From: Chiloscyllium plagiosum
Lineage: Eukaryota
Assembly (NCBI RefSeq): GCF_004010195.1
Contig: NW_025213777.1
Coordinates: forward strand, 1-35,977
Direction of reading: 5' to 3'
Length of the DNA stretch: 35,977 bases
In this document: positions 10,695-22,509 of the stretch, one piece after another
How the letters are laid out: each line of letters begins with the position of its first letter
How positions within the stretch are numbered: position 1 is the first letter of the stretch
Notes under the pieces: generated by a model
Databases searched by the model: none
Told to the model about the DNA's origin: nothing
Seen by the model: the letters and a program-made list of their open reading frames with translations, nothing else
Translations under genes and position numbers: made by a program

Positions 10695-11735
10695 TCAAAA
10701 GGGAGTAAACGGGACATGAGAAAGCTTTAGCAAATAGAGTTAAGGAGAATCCAAACAGTTTTTACAAATACATTAAGGACAAAAGGGTAACTAGGGAGAG
10801 AATAGGGCCCCTCAAAGATCAGCAAGTCGGCCTTTGTGTGGAGCCGCAGGAGAGGGGGGAGTTACTAAACGATTATTTTGTATCAGAAGTTACTGTGGAA
10901 AAGGATATGGAAGATATAGAATGTAGGGAAATAGATGGTGACATCTTGAAAAATGTTCATATTGCAGTGGAGGAAGTGCTGGATGTCTTGAAACGGTTAA
11001 AGGTGGATAAATCTTCAGGACCTGATCAGGTATACCCTAGAACTCTATGGGAAGCTAGAGAATTGATTGCTGGGCCTCTTGCTGAGATATTTGTATCATT
11101 GATAGTCACAGGTGAGGTGCCGGAAGACTGGAGGTTGGCTAACGTGGTGCCACTGTTTAAGAAAGGTGGTAAGGACAAGCCAGGGAACTATAGTCCACTG
11201 AGCCTGACATTGGTGGTGGGCAAATTGTTGGAGGAAATCCTGAGGGATAGGATGTACATGTATTTGAAAAGGCACAGACTGATTAGGGATAGTCAACATG
11301 GCTTGATTGAGGTTTTTGAGAAAATAACAAAGAGGATTGATGAGGGCAGAGTGGTAGATGTGGCAGATGGAGTTTAATTCAGATAAATGTGAGGTGCTGC
11401 ATTTTGGGAAAGCAAATCTCAGCAGGACTTATACACTTAATGGTAAGGTCCTAGGGAGTGTTGCTGAACAAAGAGAGCTTGCAGTGCAGGTTCATAGCTC
11501 CTTGAAATTGGAGTCACAGGTAGATAGGATAGTGAAGAAGGTGTTTGGTATGCTTTCTTTTATTGGTCAGAGTATTGAGTACAGGAGTTGGGAGGTCATG
11601 TTGCTGCTGTATAGGACATTGGTTAGGCCACTGTTGGAATATTGCATGCAATTCTGGTCTCCTTCCGATCAGAAAGATGTTGTGAAACTTGAAAGGGTTC
11701 AGAAAAGATTTACAAGGATGTTGCCAGGGTTGGAT
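10695..11735 (+). mobile_element. CR1-type LINE ORF2 fragment with internal deletions
   Basis: KSSGPDQVYPR, VPEDWRLANVVPLFKKG, DSQHG, then jump at about 11357 to WQMEFNSDKCEVLHFG, RPLLEYCMQFWSP; the YADD region is deleted. Confidence 0.9.
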
Positions 11736-11744
11736 GGAGAATAA

Positions 11745-14140
11745 ATGAATCAAGTGATAATGAGAACTTGTGAAAAGTCAGTACATTAATCATGGGTAAA
11801 TTTCATCCTCAAAAACATTGGGAAGATCAAAGAGATAGCTAGGATTCATAGAGTGTATTTGGGACAGTTTCCTTGAACAACATGTTGTGGATCCAATTGA
11901 GGCTCAATTTAGTTTAGATATGGCAATGTGTAATGAAGCAGGTTTAATGAATGATCACAGAGTAAAGGTCCCTTAGGGCCAGTGACTATAATTTGAGAGT
12001 GAGAAACTTGGGTCAGAAACAACTTGCTAAATTAGGGTAACTAGAAAGGAATGAGGGTGGAGATGGGTGGAGTGGACTGGTGCCAAAACCCATAGGCCCT
12101 TAGAGAATGAGGCTGGAGAAATAATAATGAGAAACCAGGAAATGGCATTGCAGTTGAACAAATGCTTTCCAACAGTCTTCCTGGTAGAAGACACTAATAA
12201 CATTAAAAGAAATACTAAATAATCAAGCAGCAAAAAGTGGGATAAAATAAGTGTGGTACCTGTAAGTAGAGAAAAAAAAAACTAGGGAAACTAATAGGGT
12301 TTAAGACAATAAGTCCCTGGACCTGATAGATTGCCTTCTAGAATACTAAAGATAGTGGATGCACTGGTAGCAATGTTCCGAGAATCTTTAGACTCTGGAG
12401 AAATTCCAGGGCATGGAAAAACTGGCAATGTTTTTATTCAGAAAGAGAGGGATTCAAAAACAGGTAACTATAGGCCAGGTAGCTTATATCTGACATTAAT
12501 AAAATGTTAGAGTTTATTCTCAAGCATGTATTAACAGAGCATTCAGGAATACATAATAATATCAGTCAGAGTCAGCATGGCTTGATATGAGGCAAATCAT
12601 GCCTGAGAAATTGATTAGAATTCTTTGAGGAGATAACAAGTGGGTGGATGGAGATAAATTAGTTGGTGTAATAAAAATCATAGGACCTGTAGAAATGATA
12701 CAGCACAGAGTGTGGGGGTGGCGGGGCATTCAATCCATCTTGTCTATGTCTTCACCCATAGACAGTCAGATGCCCTTTCTTAACCCATCTTCCTGCACGA
12801 AGCCCATTGCCCTGCAGCTTACAGCATTTGAGATGCAATCCAAATACTTTTAAAAGGGTTTAGGGTCTCAGCTTCCAACACCAACCCAAACACCAAATTC
12901 CAGGCACCCTCCACCCTCTGTGTAAAAATGTTTTTTCTGCTCATTCCCTCTAATCCTTTTGTCACTTAGGTTGAATCTTTGACTGCTGGATTTTTAACTT
13001 TCTGCCAAGGGATACAGATTCCCTATCTATTCTATCTCTATCCCTCACAATTTTTTATACCTCAATCTTGTCACCCTTCAGCCTTTTCTGTTCCAAGGAA
13101 AACAACCCCAACCTCACCAATCTCTACTTGAGAGATATCATATTTGCATTTCGAGAAGGAGTTTGACAATTAACTGCCACTTATTAAGTAGGAGCCTGTT
13201 CTGTCATACCTAATATATTAGCATGGATAGAAGATTGACTAAATAATAGAAGACAGAGAGGTAGGATCAGTGGGCATTTTCCATTTAACTACAGGGATCA
13301 GTGCTGGGGCCATAATTAGTTATAATATTTACTAATGGCTCAGATGAGAAAAGTGAATGTACTATACCCGAGTATTGTTAAGGTGGCTAATGACATCAAA
13401 GTGAGTGGGAAGGCAAACGATGAGGGTGGTTCAAAGAATCTGCAGGGGAAGTATAAATAGGTTTAAGTGAGTTGACAACAACTTGGCAGATGGAATGTAA
13501 TGTGAGAAATATATAATGGTACTTTGGCATGAGGAATAGAGAAGCAGAATATTATTTAAATGGAGAAAGACTGTGGAAAGCTGCAGCACAGAAGAACTTG
13601 GGTGGTCTCATGCATAAATCACAAAAAGGTAGCATTGAAATTTAGTGAGAGATGTACTGGCATTAGAGACAGTCCAGAGAAGGATCACTGGACTGACACT
13701 GGGTATGAAAGGATTTCATGTCTTATGAGGAGAGATTGTGTAGTCGTTGGATTTTTAGAAGAATGAAAGGTCACCTTATTGAAACATGCAAGATTCTTAG
13801 AGTCTTTACAGGGTAGATGTGGAAACATTGTTTCCCTTTTGTGGGAGAGTCGAGGATGAGAGGGAATATCTCAAAATATCTCCTATTTAAGACAGAGATG
13901 AGGAGGGATATTTTATCTCAGAGGTTAATGAACCTATCGAATTCTTTCCTGCAGAGATTTGTCAAGGTTGCATCATGATTTATATTCAAAGATGAAATAG
14001 ACTTTTAATTTGCAAAAAAGTCAAGGGTTATTGGGAAAACACAGGAAAGTGGAGTTGAGGATAATTGGATCATGATCTCGATAAGTGGTGGAGCAGACTC
14101 TCAATGGGCTGAATGGCCTATTTCTGCTTTTCCATCTTTA
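11745..14140 (+). mobile_element. Old, highly decayed CR1-type LINE ORF2 and 3' UTR
   Basis: Remnants of KSPGPD (aagtccctggacctga), GNYRP, SQHG, QGSVLGP, WQMEC, and tail aatgggctgaatggccta; nested CR1 at 12676-13128. Confidence 0.75.
12676..13128 (-). mobile_element. CR1-type LINE 3' fragment nested in older CR1
   Basis: Reverse complement has agagattggtgaggttggggttgttttccttggaacagaaaaggctgaagggtgacaagattgagg and a ctgtgctgtatc tail. Confidence 0.75.
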
Positions 14141-14290
14141 GATAATAAGGAAGGTGTATACAGAGAAATGTGTAAATGTGATGTACATTAATTACTGATT
14201 CAACATTCAACAAGGTATTCCTATTGAACTTACTACAGATAATAAGAGCTTGTGGTGTATACAGTTACACATTAGCCATGGATGGAGGAT

Positions 14291-14556
14291 AAGAAGAAAG
14301 TGGGGACTGCGGATGCTGGAGATCAGAGTCAAAAAGTGTGGCACTGGAAAAGCACAGCAGGTCCGGCAGCACTCAAGAAGCAGGCACAAACTACACAACC
14401 TCTCCTCATAAGACATGAAATCCTTTCATACCCAGTCAACTTTTCAGGCATTAGCCCTTCATCAGGAATATCTGAGGCTTATGCCCAAAATATCGACTCT
14501 CCTGCTCCTTGGATGCTGCCTGACCTGCTGTGCTTTTCCAGTGCCACACTTTTCCA
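14291..14556 (-). mobile_element. Fold-back PLE terminal-repeat element (family A) with 14-bp TSD and internal foreign insert
   Basis: catggatggaggat (14277-14290) and catggatagaggat (14557-14570); minus-strand CUGAUGA-AGGGC(uaau)GCCU-GAAA at about 14441-14469. Confidence 0.85.
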
Positions 14557-15097
14557 CATGGATAGAGGATTGCTTAGCTAACAGGGAGCAGAAAGTAGGA
14601 AATAGGTTTTTATTGTTGACAAACAGGTACTGTTGGAGTACCAGAGGGATCAGTGATGAGTCCTCTCATATTTATGATTTATTTCAATGATGTGGATTAC
14701 TGTGAGTGTTTACTGAATTTACTCATGACACCAGAGTAAGTTGTCAGTAGGAAGGAGAGAGTCTGTGAAGGATAATAGACAGTTAATATGAGTGGGTAAA
14801 ACATAGGCAGCTATGAACAAACCCACTTTGGCAGAAAGAAAAGCAAAGCAGTGTATTATTTAAATGGATAGTGATTACAGGACATGGGTGGTATAAAGGG
14901 ATCCTAGTATATGAATGAAACAAGTTGGAATGTGGCCACAGCAAATGACAAGGTGGGTAAGTGAGATAACAGCCATTATTGCTAAGGGATTGCAATATAA
15001 AAGAAGTAAAATATTTCTATAACTTGTGCAGCAGATTGCATTTGGAGTACTGTATACTATTTTGATCTCCTTATTCAGGAAGGAGATAAGTACATTT

Positions 15098-15375
15098 TTT
15101 ATTGCTCATCTCTAATTCCCCAGAGGCTAGTTAAGAGTCAACCACATTGCTTTGGATCTGGAGTCACATGTAGGCCAGTCCATTAAGAAAGGTCAGCAGT
15201 TCCCCTTTCTTAATGGACATAGTGAGCTAATGAAGTTTTCCCCAACAATTGATTCATGGTCATCACTAAACTATTCAATTCCAGATCTTTACTAAAGTCA
15301 AATTTCACCATCTGCCATGGCAGGATTCAAACCTGAGTCCCTTGAACATTACGAAGGTCTCTGGATTAATTGATT
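15098..15375 (-). mobile_element. Second SINE family (B-box-like head, tail shared with the 'HHHLLKGN' LINE)
   Basis: gttaagagtcaaccacattgct...ggattcaaacc; related copies at about 29800-29920 and 32795-33070. Confidence 0.65.
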
Positions 15376-15799
15376 CCTTAGATGAAGACCTTATCCTACA
15401 AAGGTTGAAAAAGTTAGGTCTGTATCAATTGGAGTTTAGAAGAGTGAAAGGTGATTTTTTTGGAAACATATAATATTTTGAGGAGACTGGACAGAGTGGA
15501 TGCTGAGAAGAAGATTAATATTGTGGGACGGGGGGGCGCGGATAGAACTACAGATGCAGTTTAAAAAGTGAAGATTTGATCATTTAAAGCAGTGATTAGG
15601 AGAATTTCTTTCACTCACAAGGTCATTAGTCTCTTACCACAAAAGCAGTGGAGGCTGGGTCATTGAAGATATTTAAGGGTGAGTTGGATGGATTTCTGAA
15701 GATAAAGGTTTATGGAAGACAGAAGAAAAATGCATGAGAAATAAAAGTGACTCTTCAAAACAGAAGAAAGGTGGAGGTGACACCCCAGTTAGATCAGCC

Positions 15800-16440
15800 A
15801 TCTGCATCTCTGCAAGATGGTGGCAGAATAGACTCATTCACTCTGTCCGCTTTCCTTTCTTTTCTGTTTCTCCTTTTTTCATTTACTTTCTCTTCTTTTT
15901 AGTTTTAGTTTTTTTTAATAGTTTTTTTTCCCACTAACTTATCTTCTGGAGAGTGGCAATGGTGGTATTGGGCTCGCCCACTGCTGGGTAGCAGCGGAGG
16001 GTCTAACTCACGGTTCTCGGTGAGTTCCCGATGCCTGGTGCACGGACCAAAGCGTGAAACCGAGGCCCAGTGCGGACGGTGCCTGTATCGGGGCCTGAGA
16101 TCCCAGGGGTGAAGCCAACACTCCAATGGAGGTTATCCAACATCTGCAATGACAAAGAGAGCAGGGGAGATTGAACCAGTGTGTGCAAAGCGTGCCAAAG
16201 TGGAGGAGACCAAGCCCATGTAGGCAGTGTGGTCCCAGCGTGGCTAAGCACTTAGGAAAGACTTAATACTAAGAAGGACTATAAAGTTTAACTTTTACTG
16301 TTGTTCCTTATTTCTTTCTACCTTGATCCTAAGTTTTTGTAACTAGAAAGTTGTACCACCATGAGTGGCGACATTATATTCATGTGTACTCAAGTACAGA
16401 AGTACAAAGTACAGTGAAAGATTTTCTAAAGCAAATCAAG
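15800..16440 (+). mobile_element. Non-autonomous non-LTR element with Rex1/Babar-like 3' end
   Basis: caagatgg start, T-rich tract, aacttatcttctggagag motif shared with the 30318-31030 copy (minus); 3' end micro-inverted. Confidence 0.6.
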
Positions 16441-16519
16441 TGATCTTATTGAATGATGGAGCTGGCTCAAGGGCCAAATGGCCTCCTTCTGATCTCCTTG
16501 TTATGTTATTATATTACCA

Positions 16520-16945
16520 TTCGGCTCCACAAATCTCTGATGATCAACATCAATGGTGTAACCATTGACCAGAAACCGAATTAGGCTAGCCATATTAATA
16601 CATTGACTACAAGAGCAGGTCAGAGACGAGGAATTCTGCAGTGAGTAACTCACCTCCTGACTCTCTAAAGCCTGTGTACCATCTGCAAGGGACAGATCAG
16701 GAATTTGTTTTTATATCCTACAATGTTTTGCTGCGTGCCATTCCAACAGCAATCCTGTAGCTTGACACCAGCCAGGACAAATCGGGCTAGTTAACTGGCA
16801 CTATATCCACCACCTTCAACATTCAATCCCTTCATCGCTGGTCCTTTATTCCAAGAGGGTACACCATCTACAAAATGCACTGCAGCAACTTACCAAGCTC
16901 CTTGGACAGCACCTTCCAAACAAATGACCCTACCACCCAAAGAGC
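16520..16945 (+). mobile_element. CR1/L2-group LINE fragment
   Basis: accattgaccagaaacc...ctacaagagcaggtcagag...cagcaccttccaaac; homologous to 33810-34100. Confidence 0.7.
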
Positions 16946-16975
16946 CTGTAGAACATGAGAGCGTTGACCCTGATA

Positions 16976-17455
16976 GGGTGGCATGGTGGCTCAGTGGTTA
17001 GCACTGCTGCCTCACAGCACCAGGGACCTGGGTTTGATTCCAGCCTTGGATGACTGTCTGTGTGGAGTTTTGCACATTCTCCTCGTGTCTGCATGGGTTT
17101 CCTCCCACAACCTAAAGATGTGCAGGTTAGGAGAATTGGCTATGCTAACTTGCCCAGAGTGTTCAGGGGTGTGTAGATTAAGTGCATTTTTCAGGGTAAA
17201 TGTAGAGCAATAGGGTTGGAGAATGGGTCTGGGTGGGTTACTCTTCAGAGTATCGGTGTGGACTTGGGTCAAACGGCCTGTTTCCACACTGTAACGATTC
17301 TATGATAAGTTGCCCATAGTATTCAGGGATGTCTAGATTAGGTGCATTTTTCAGGATACATGTAGGGGAATGGGTCTGGGTGGGTGGCTGTTTTGAGGGT
17401 GAGTTTTGACTTGTGGGGTCAAATGGCTTGTTTCCACAGTGCAGGGATTCTATGA
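16976..17455 (+). mobile_element. HE1-type SINE followed by a tandem second 3' half
   Basis: Full copy 16976-17307; 17310-17455 repeats ttgccca...tgcatttttcagg...gattctatga. Confidence 0.85.
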
Positions 17456-18010
17456 TGTACAGAAGGAATGAACTGACTGAAACCCTGCCTCAGGATGGGT
17501 TTGGAGAACACCGAGAGCTAAGCAATGCCACAGGTTAACCGCAGTAATGAATCAGTCAGTTCCTGGCAAGAATGGAAGGAGCCTCCATCACTGTGATGGC
17601 AATCCCATCAGCTTTCTGTTCTGAAGAAGGGACACTGGAGAGTGAGAGGGTGACCAGGAGACGAGGAGAAAGGTCACTGCAGTCAGGGACAAGTCATCTG
17701 CAGATCCAGGTCCCCAGTCAACACTGGGAATGACCAACGATGTGGGTGATGGTAAGTTTCAGTCAGATCATAAAGGGCTGTGACTTTTTGCTCAATAATT
17801 TCATGAATTTAAGATTGATCTGAGCATTTTGTTCTTATAATTCCGGGAATCACTTTCAGAAGTGAACAGAATTTTTTGCAGGCCAAAGCACAAACCATAT
17901 GTGAATGAGATCATTTGTAAGGTCAGCGCCAAACCCCACACCCTCCTGACTTGGAATTGCATCACTTCACTGTGGTTGGGTCAAATTCCTGGAACCTCCT
18001 CCCCCACCCC

Positions 18011-18666
18011 CATGTAGAATTCTGAGCTCAAAAACTGCATGAATTTATGTAAAACTCTGTTATCTCACTTTTTAGATTAAAATCAATCTGACCATCAGGT
18101 CATAGACAGAGAACACAGGGGGCTAACACCTTCAACACATTGTCTAGCTATCACCATTGTTAACAGCTAACCCGAGAATGCAACTTTAAACAAAAGGTTT
18201 TGTGATCTACATACATTCATGAATGTATGCATGCATTCATGTAGAATTCTGAGCTCAAAAACTGCATGAATTTATGTAAAACTCTGTTATCTCACTTTTT
18301 AGATTAAAATCAATCTAACCATCAGGTCATAGACAGAGAACACAGGGGGCTAACACCTTCAACATATTGTCTAGCTATCACCATTGTTAACAGCTAACCC
18401 GAGAATGCAACTTTAAACAAAAGGTTTTGTGATTTACACATGAAAGAAGTGAAACTATCACTGTATTCTAACAGATGAAAGGCTTAACAGACAATCAATT
18501 TTTCAATGTATAATTTCAGTTACATCACACTGCAAATTTTTGCTATAAATTCTGTGTTACGATTGAGCCCTCCACTATCACCTGATGGAGAGTCACTCCG
18601 AAAGCTAGTGTGCTTCCAATTAAACCTGTTGGACTATAACCTGGTGTTGTGTGATTTTTAACTTTA
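18011..18666 (+). mobile_element. PLE 3' region (family B) with internal ~200-bp direct repeat and mutated hammerhead
   Basis: 18011-18211 nearly identical to 18238-18438; cacctgatggagagtcactccgaaagctagtg at 18579-18610; 3' end as 496-586. Confidence 0.75.
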
Positions 18667-18715
18667 TACAGAAACACATTGTATAGACATTCAGTCCATC
18701 TGGTCTATACTTGTG

Positions 18716-18975
18716 TTTAGATTAGATTCCCAACAGTGTGGAAACAGGCTCTTTGGCCCAACAAGCCCACTCCGACCCTCCAAAAAATAACCCACCCAGA
18801 TCCATTTCCCTCTAACTAATGCACATAACACTACGTTAGTGTGTTTAACATGCATGGCCAATTCACCTGACCTGCACATCTTTGGACTGTGGGAGGAAGT
18901 ACACACACACACACACACGGGGAGAATGTGCAAACTCCACACAGACAGTCATCCGAGGCTGGAATTGAACCTGGG
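18716..18975 (-). mobile_element. HE1-type SINE body (head at 20332-20362; split by Penelope insertion)
   Basis: Ends at B-box ggaattgaacctggg; A-box part cagtgctaaccactg follows the Penelope; contains an (AC)n expansion at 18901-18918. Confidence 0.85.
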
Positions 18976-18976
18976 C

Positions 18977-20328
18977 CTTCCTCCAGACCAAAGGGGTAGC
19001 CATGGGCACCCATATGGGCCCCAGCTATGCCTGTCTCTTTGTTGGCTACGTAGAACAGTCCATCTTCCATAATTACACCGGCACCACTCCCCACCTCTTC
19101 CTCTGCTACATTGATGATTGCATTGGTGCCACCTCGTGCTCCCACGAGGAGGTTGAGCAATTCATCAACTTCACCAATACATTCCACCCTGACCTTAAAT
19201 TTACCTGGACCATCTCTGACACGTCCCTCCCCTTCCTGGACCTCTCCACCTCCATTAATGATGACTGACTTGACACCGATATTTTTTACAAACCCACCGA
19301 CTCCCACAGCTACCTGGATTATACCTCTTCCCACCCTACCTCCTGCAAAAATGCCATCCCCTGTTCCCAATTCCTCTGCCTCCGCTGTATCTGCTCCCAG
19401 GGGGACGGGTTCCACCACAGAACACACCAGAAGGCCTCCTTCTTTAGAGACCGCAATTTCCCTTCCCACATGGTTAAAGATGCCCTCCAACGCATGTCGT
19501 CCACATCCCACACCTCTGCCCTCAGAACCCACCCTTCCAACTGTAACAAGGACAGAATGCCCCTGGTGCTCATCTTCTACCCTACTAACCTTCGCATAAA
19601 CCAAATCATCTGCCGACATTTCCGCCACCTCCAAAAAGACCCCACCACCAGGGATATATTTCCCGCCCACCCTTTTCCGCCTTCCGCAAAGACCGTTCCC
19701 TCCGTGACTACCTGGTCAGGTCCACGCCCCCCTACAATCCACCCTCCCATCTTNNNNNNNNNNNNNNNNNNNNNNNNNNNNNNNNNNNNNNNNNNNNNNN
19801 NNNNNNNNNNNNNNNNNNNNNNNNNNNNNNNNNNNNNNNNNNNNNNNNNNNNNNNNNNNNNNNNNNNNNNNNNNNNNNNNNNNNNNNNNNNNNNNNNNNN
19901 NNNNNNNNNNNNNNNNNNNNNNNNNNNNNNNNNNNNNNNNNNNNNNNNNNNNNNNNNNNNNNNNNNNNNNNNNNNNNNNNNNNNNNNNNNNNNNNNNNNN
20001 NNNNNNNNNNNNNNNNNNNNNNNNNNNNNNNNNNNNNNNNNNNNNNNNNNNNTTCCTTTCCACCTATCCACTCCACCCTCCTCCCTGACCTATCACCTTC
20101 ATCCCCTCCCCCATTCACCTATTGTACTCTATGCTACTTTCTCCCCACCCCACCCTCCTCTCATTTATCTCTCCACCCTTCAGGCACTCTTCCTGTATTC
20201 CTGATGAAGGGCTTTTGCCCGAAATGCCGATTTTACTGCTCCTCGGATGCTGCCTGAACTGCTGTGCTTTTCCAGCACCACTGTAATCTAAACTCTGGTT
20301 TCCAGCATCTGCAGTCATTGTTTTTACC
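18977..20328 (+). mobile_element. Penelope-like element (family A): RT fragment, gap, 3' terminal repeat
   Basis: QTKGVAMGTHMGPSYACLFVGYVE, CYIDDCIG, LKFT, LPFLDL, then YLDYTSSHP..CKNAIP; in-frame stop at about 19266; terminal repeat with attc-CTGATGA-agggcttttgccc-GAAA-tgcc at 20197-20228. Confidence 0.9.
19754..20052. other. Assembly gap (299 N)
   Basis: Run of N; smaller ambiguities at 22601-22604 and 27965. Confidence 1.
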
Positions 20329-20410
20329 CAACAGTGCTAACCACTGAATCACCTTGCTGCCCCAGTGGCATGGGACTCTCCCACTTTCCTACATCACCTT
20401 AGTAGATACA

Positions 20411-20725
20411 GGACATGGTGGCTCAGCTGGTTGGCACTGCTGCCTCACAGCGCCAGGGATCTGGGTTCACCTTTGGGTGACTGTCTGTGTGGATTTTTCA
20501 TATTCTCCCCATGTCCGCATGAATTTCCTTACACAGTTCAAAGATGTGCAGGTTAGGTGGATTGGCCATGCTAAATTGCCCATAGTGTCCAGGGATTTCG
20601 AGGCTAGGTGGATTAGCCACAGCAAATGTGGGGTTACAGGCATAGGGTAGGGGGCTGAGACTGGGTGAGATGCTCTTTGGAGAGATGGTATGGACTTAAT
20701 GGCCTGCTTCCACACTGTTGAGATT
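20411..20725 (+). mobile_element. HE1-type SINE
   Basis: Head, core and tail ggcctgcttccacactg. Confidence 0.85.
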
Positions 20726-21079
20726 GTCTGAGTGAAGACACAGAAGGAAATAAAAGGAAGCAGATCCTTCCCTCTGGACTCCATACAATATCCTGCCCCA
20801 TGTCCAGAGCTCAGTAAATCAAGAATCACTCTCCTCAGTCTCGTAAAACCCCTTGGCAGAAATCCATGACCTTCCAACAACGTCACCTTCAAATTGAACA
20901 GATGAGGTACTTTTCTCCCTGCTTCACCTTCAGGTTATTGATCATATTTGCATCAATTTCTTGTGAAGGTAGCAGTTTCCACTGTTTCTTTCAGTAAGTT
21001 CTCCCAGAATCCACATTGGATTTATTTATGGTCCTTGCTTGAACCTGCCACAGAACCGAAGATATCATCTGTCCTGCTG

Positions 21080-21290
21080 CAGTCCATGTGGTATGTACAT
21101 TCATAGTGCTGTTAGGAAGGGAGAACCAGGATTTTGACCCACTGACACTGAACGAACAGTGATATTTTTCCAAGCCAGGATAGTTTGTTGCCTTGGATGG
21201 GAACTTTGTTGGTGTTCCCATGTGTCTGCTACTCTTGTCCTTCTCGATGGAAGTGGTCATGGCTTTGGGAGATATATTAGAAGAGTTGGG
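21080..21290 (-). mobile_element. CR1/L2-group LINE 3' fragment
   Basis: Reverse-complement homology to 4790-4990. Confidence 0.7.
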
Positions 21291-22509
21291 GTGAATTACT
21301 GCGGTGCATCTATCGAAACCTTTCATAATTTTAATGACCTCTCTCACATCAAGCTGAGGCTTTCAATTTTTGGAGATGAACTGACCCAGGCTGTTTTGTT
21401 TTCCTTTTGATCAGCATTGTCTTATAGTCCAGTTACATCATTTATGAATTGAGTTGTCCCAAAGTTTCCAATATCTACATAATAAAGACCCACCGAAGTG
21501 CAGTTCCACAGCACCCAAAACCCTTGTTGCCAATTCCCAATCTCTTACTTCAGCGAGTGCGTCAACTGCTTGGTTTGTGCAAGTGCCCCTGATGTTGGCA
21601 ACTTCGATGGAACTGACACTAACTTGCTTGCTTCTCGTGGCTACATTCTTCTGGATGACAGGCCTATGCAAAAAGATTCTGACACGATGATCTAAGTTTC
21701 GAGGTAGCTTCTCCAGCTACTGTTCAAGCATCGATCTCCATGTTTCAATTGAGCCGACAATACACTCAGAGGACTGGGGCAGCTTGTAGCATATTGTAAG
21801 CAATCATTGTTTCAACATATTGACCCTTCAATAGCCTTGTGGTTTGCGAGTGCTCACACTTGTCGTCGTCAGTTAAATCTAATTTGATAGATTTAGTGGA
21901 ATCTTATCCAGCCATTGCAGGTACTCTGCATACTAATCTAAGTACAGGCATTAGCAGAAGTGCCACATTACAGGCTTGCCAGCGATGCTGAGGATGATAG
22001 AGTTAAAAAAACATGATTGTATGGACACAAAGCCTGCTGGGAAACAGAGAACAGTCTTCAGCCTAGAGGAAGCTTATGCAGTGGTATTCCCAGCATGCTA
22101 TATTTGAACTGGCTCTTCTTGACCAATATGAATACCTCAGCATTGTGTCTATGGAGAATAAATTTGAAATTTGCAGAAAACCAGGAAATATGTTGAACAG
22201 CGAGGCAATAGTGATAAGCTTCAAGTTGAGGGACTGGTACAATGGGTGGACATGTGACAGGTAAAGTTTATTGTGAAGTGGTAGCAAGTATAACGTGAGC
22301 GATAACCTAAATTAAGAGCTAAAGGAAAGGATAAAGGTATGGAAAATTGAAGGGCCAGTAGAGAAAGTGATTTTAAAAAGCCCTCTATGGCCCAGCAATG
22401 CTCTGAAACAGTGTGACATCATCAGCGTGTGGCCATATGGCACTGGAACTGGAGGCTGGTGCCACTGACATCATGATTGTGTGTGCCTTGCTGCTGTCTG
22501 TCCCTCACT

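Larger units (their letters stand above)
14165..16508 (+). mobile_element. Old fragmented CR1-type LINE hosting nested insertions
   Basis: WIEDCLANREQKV, ggagtaccagagggatcagtg, ttggagtactgt, ggagtttagaagagtgaaaggtga; 3' UTR agatcagccat|gatcttattgaatg split by the 15800-16440 insert. Confidence 0.65.

Noticed and set aside
17460..17760. Possible exon ending at GATG|GTAAGT (about 17751), 11-bp inverted repeat gaactgactga/tcagtcagttc, and a ctgaagaaggg half-hammerhead
   Set aside because: No convincing acceptor or recognisable peptide; no GAAA half of the ribozyme; short repeats could be chance
18831..19670. 279-aa minus-strand ORF
   Set aside because: Antisense shadow of the C-rich Penelope RT frame plus SINE sequence
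19470..20204. Long ORFs spanning X runs
   Set aside because: Artefacts of the N gap
21430..21960. Possible decayed coding or TE sequence (RTE-like hint GYILLDDR..KKIL)
   Set aside because: Resemblance too weak to assign without a profile search
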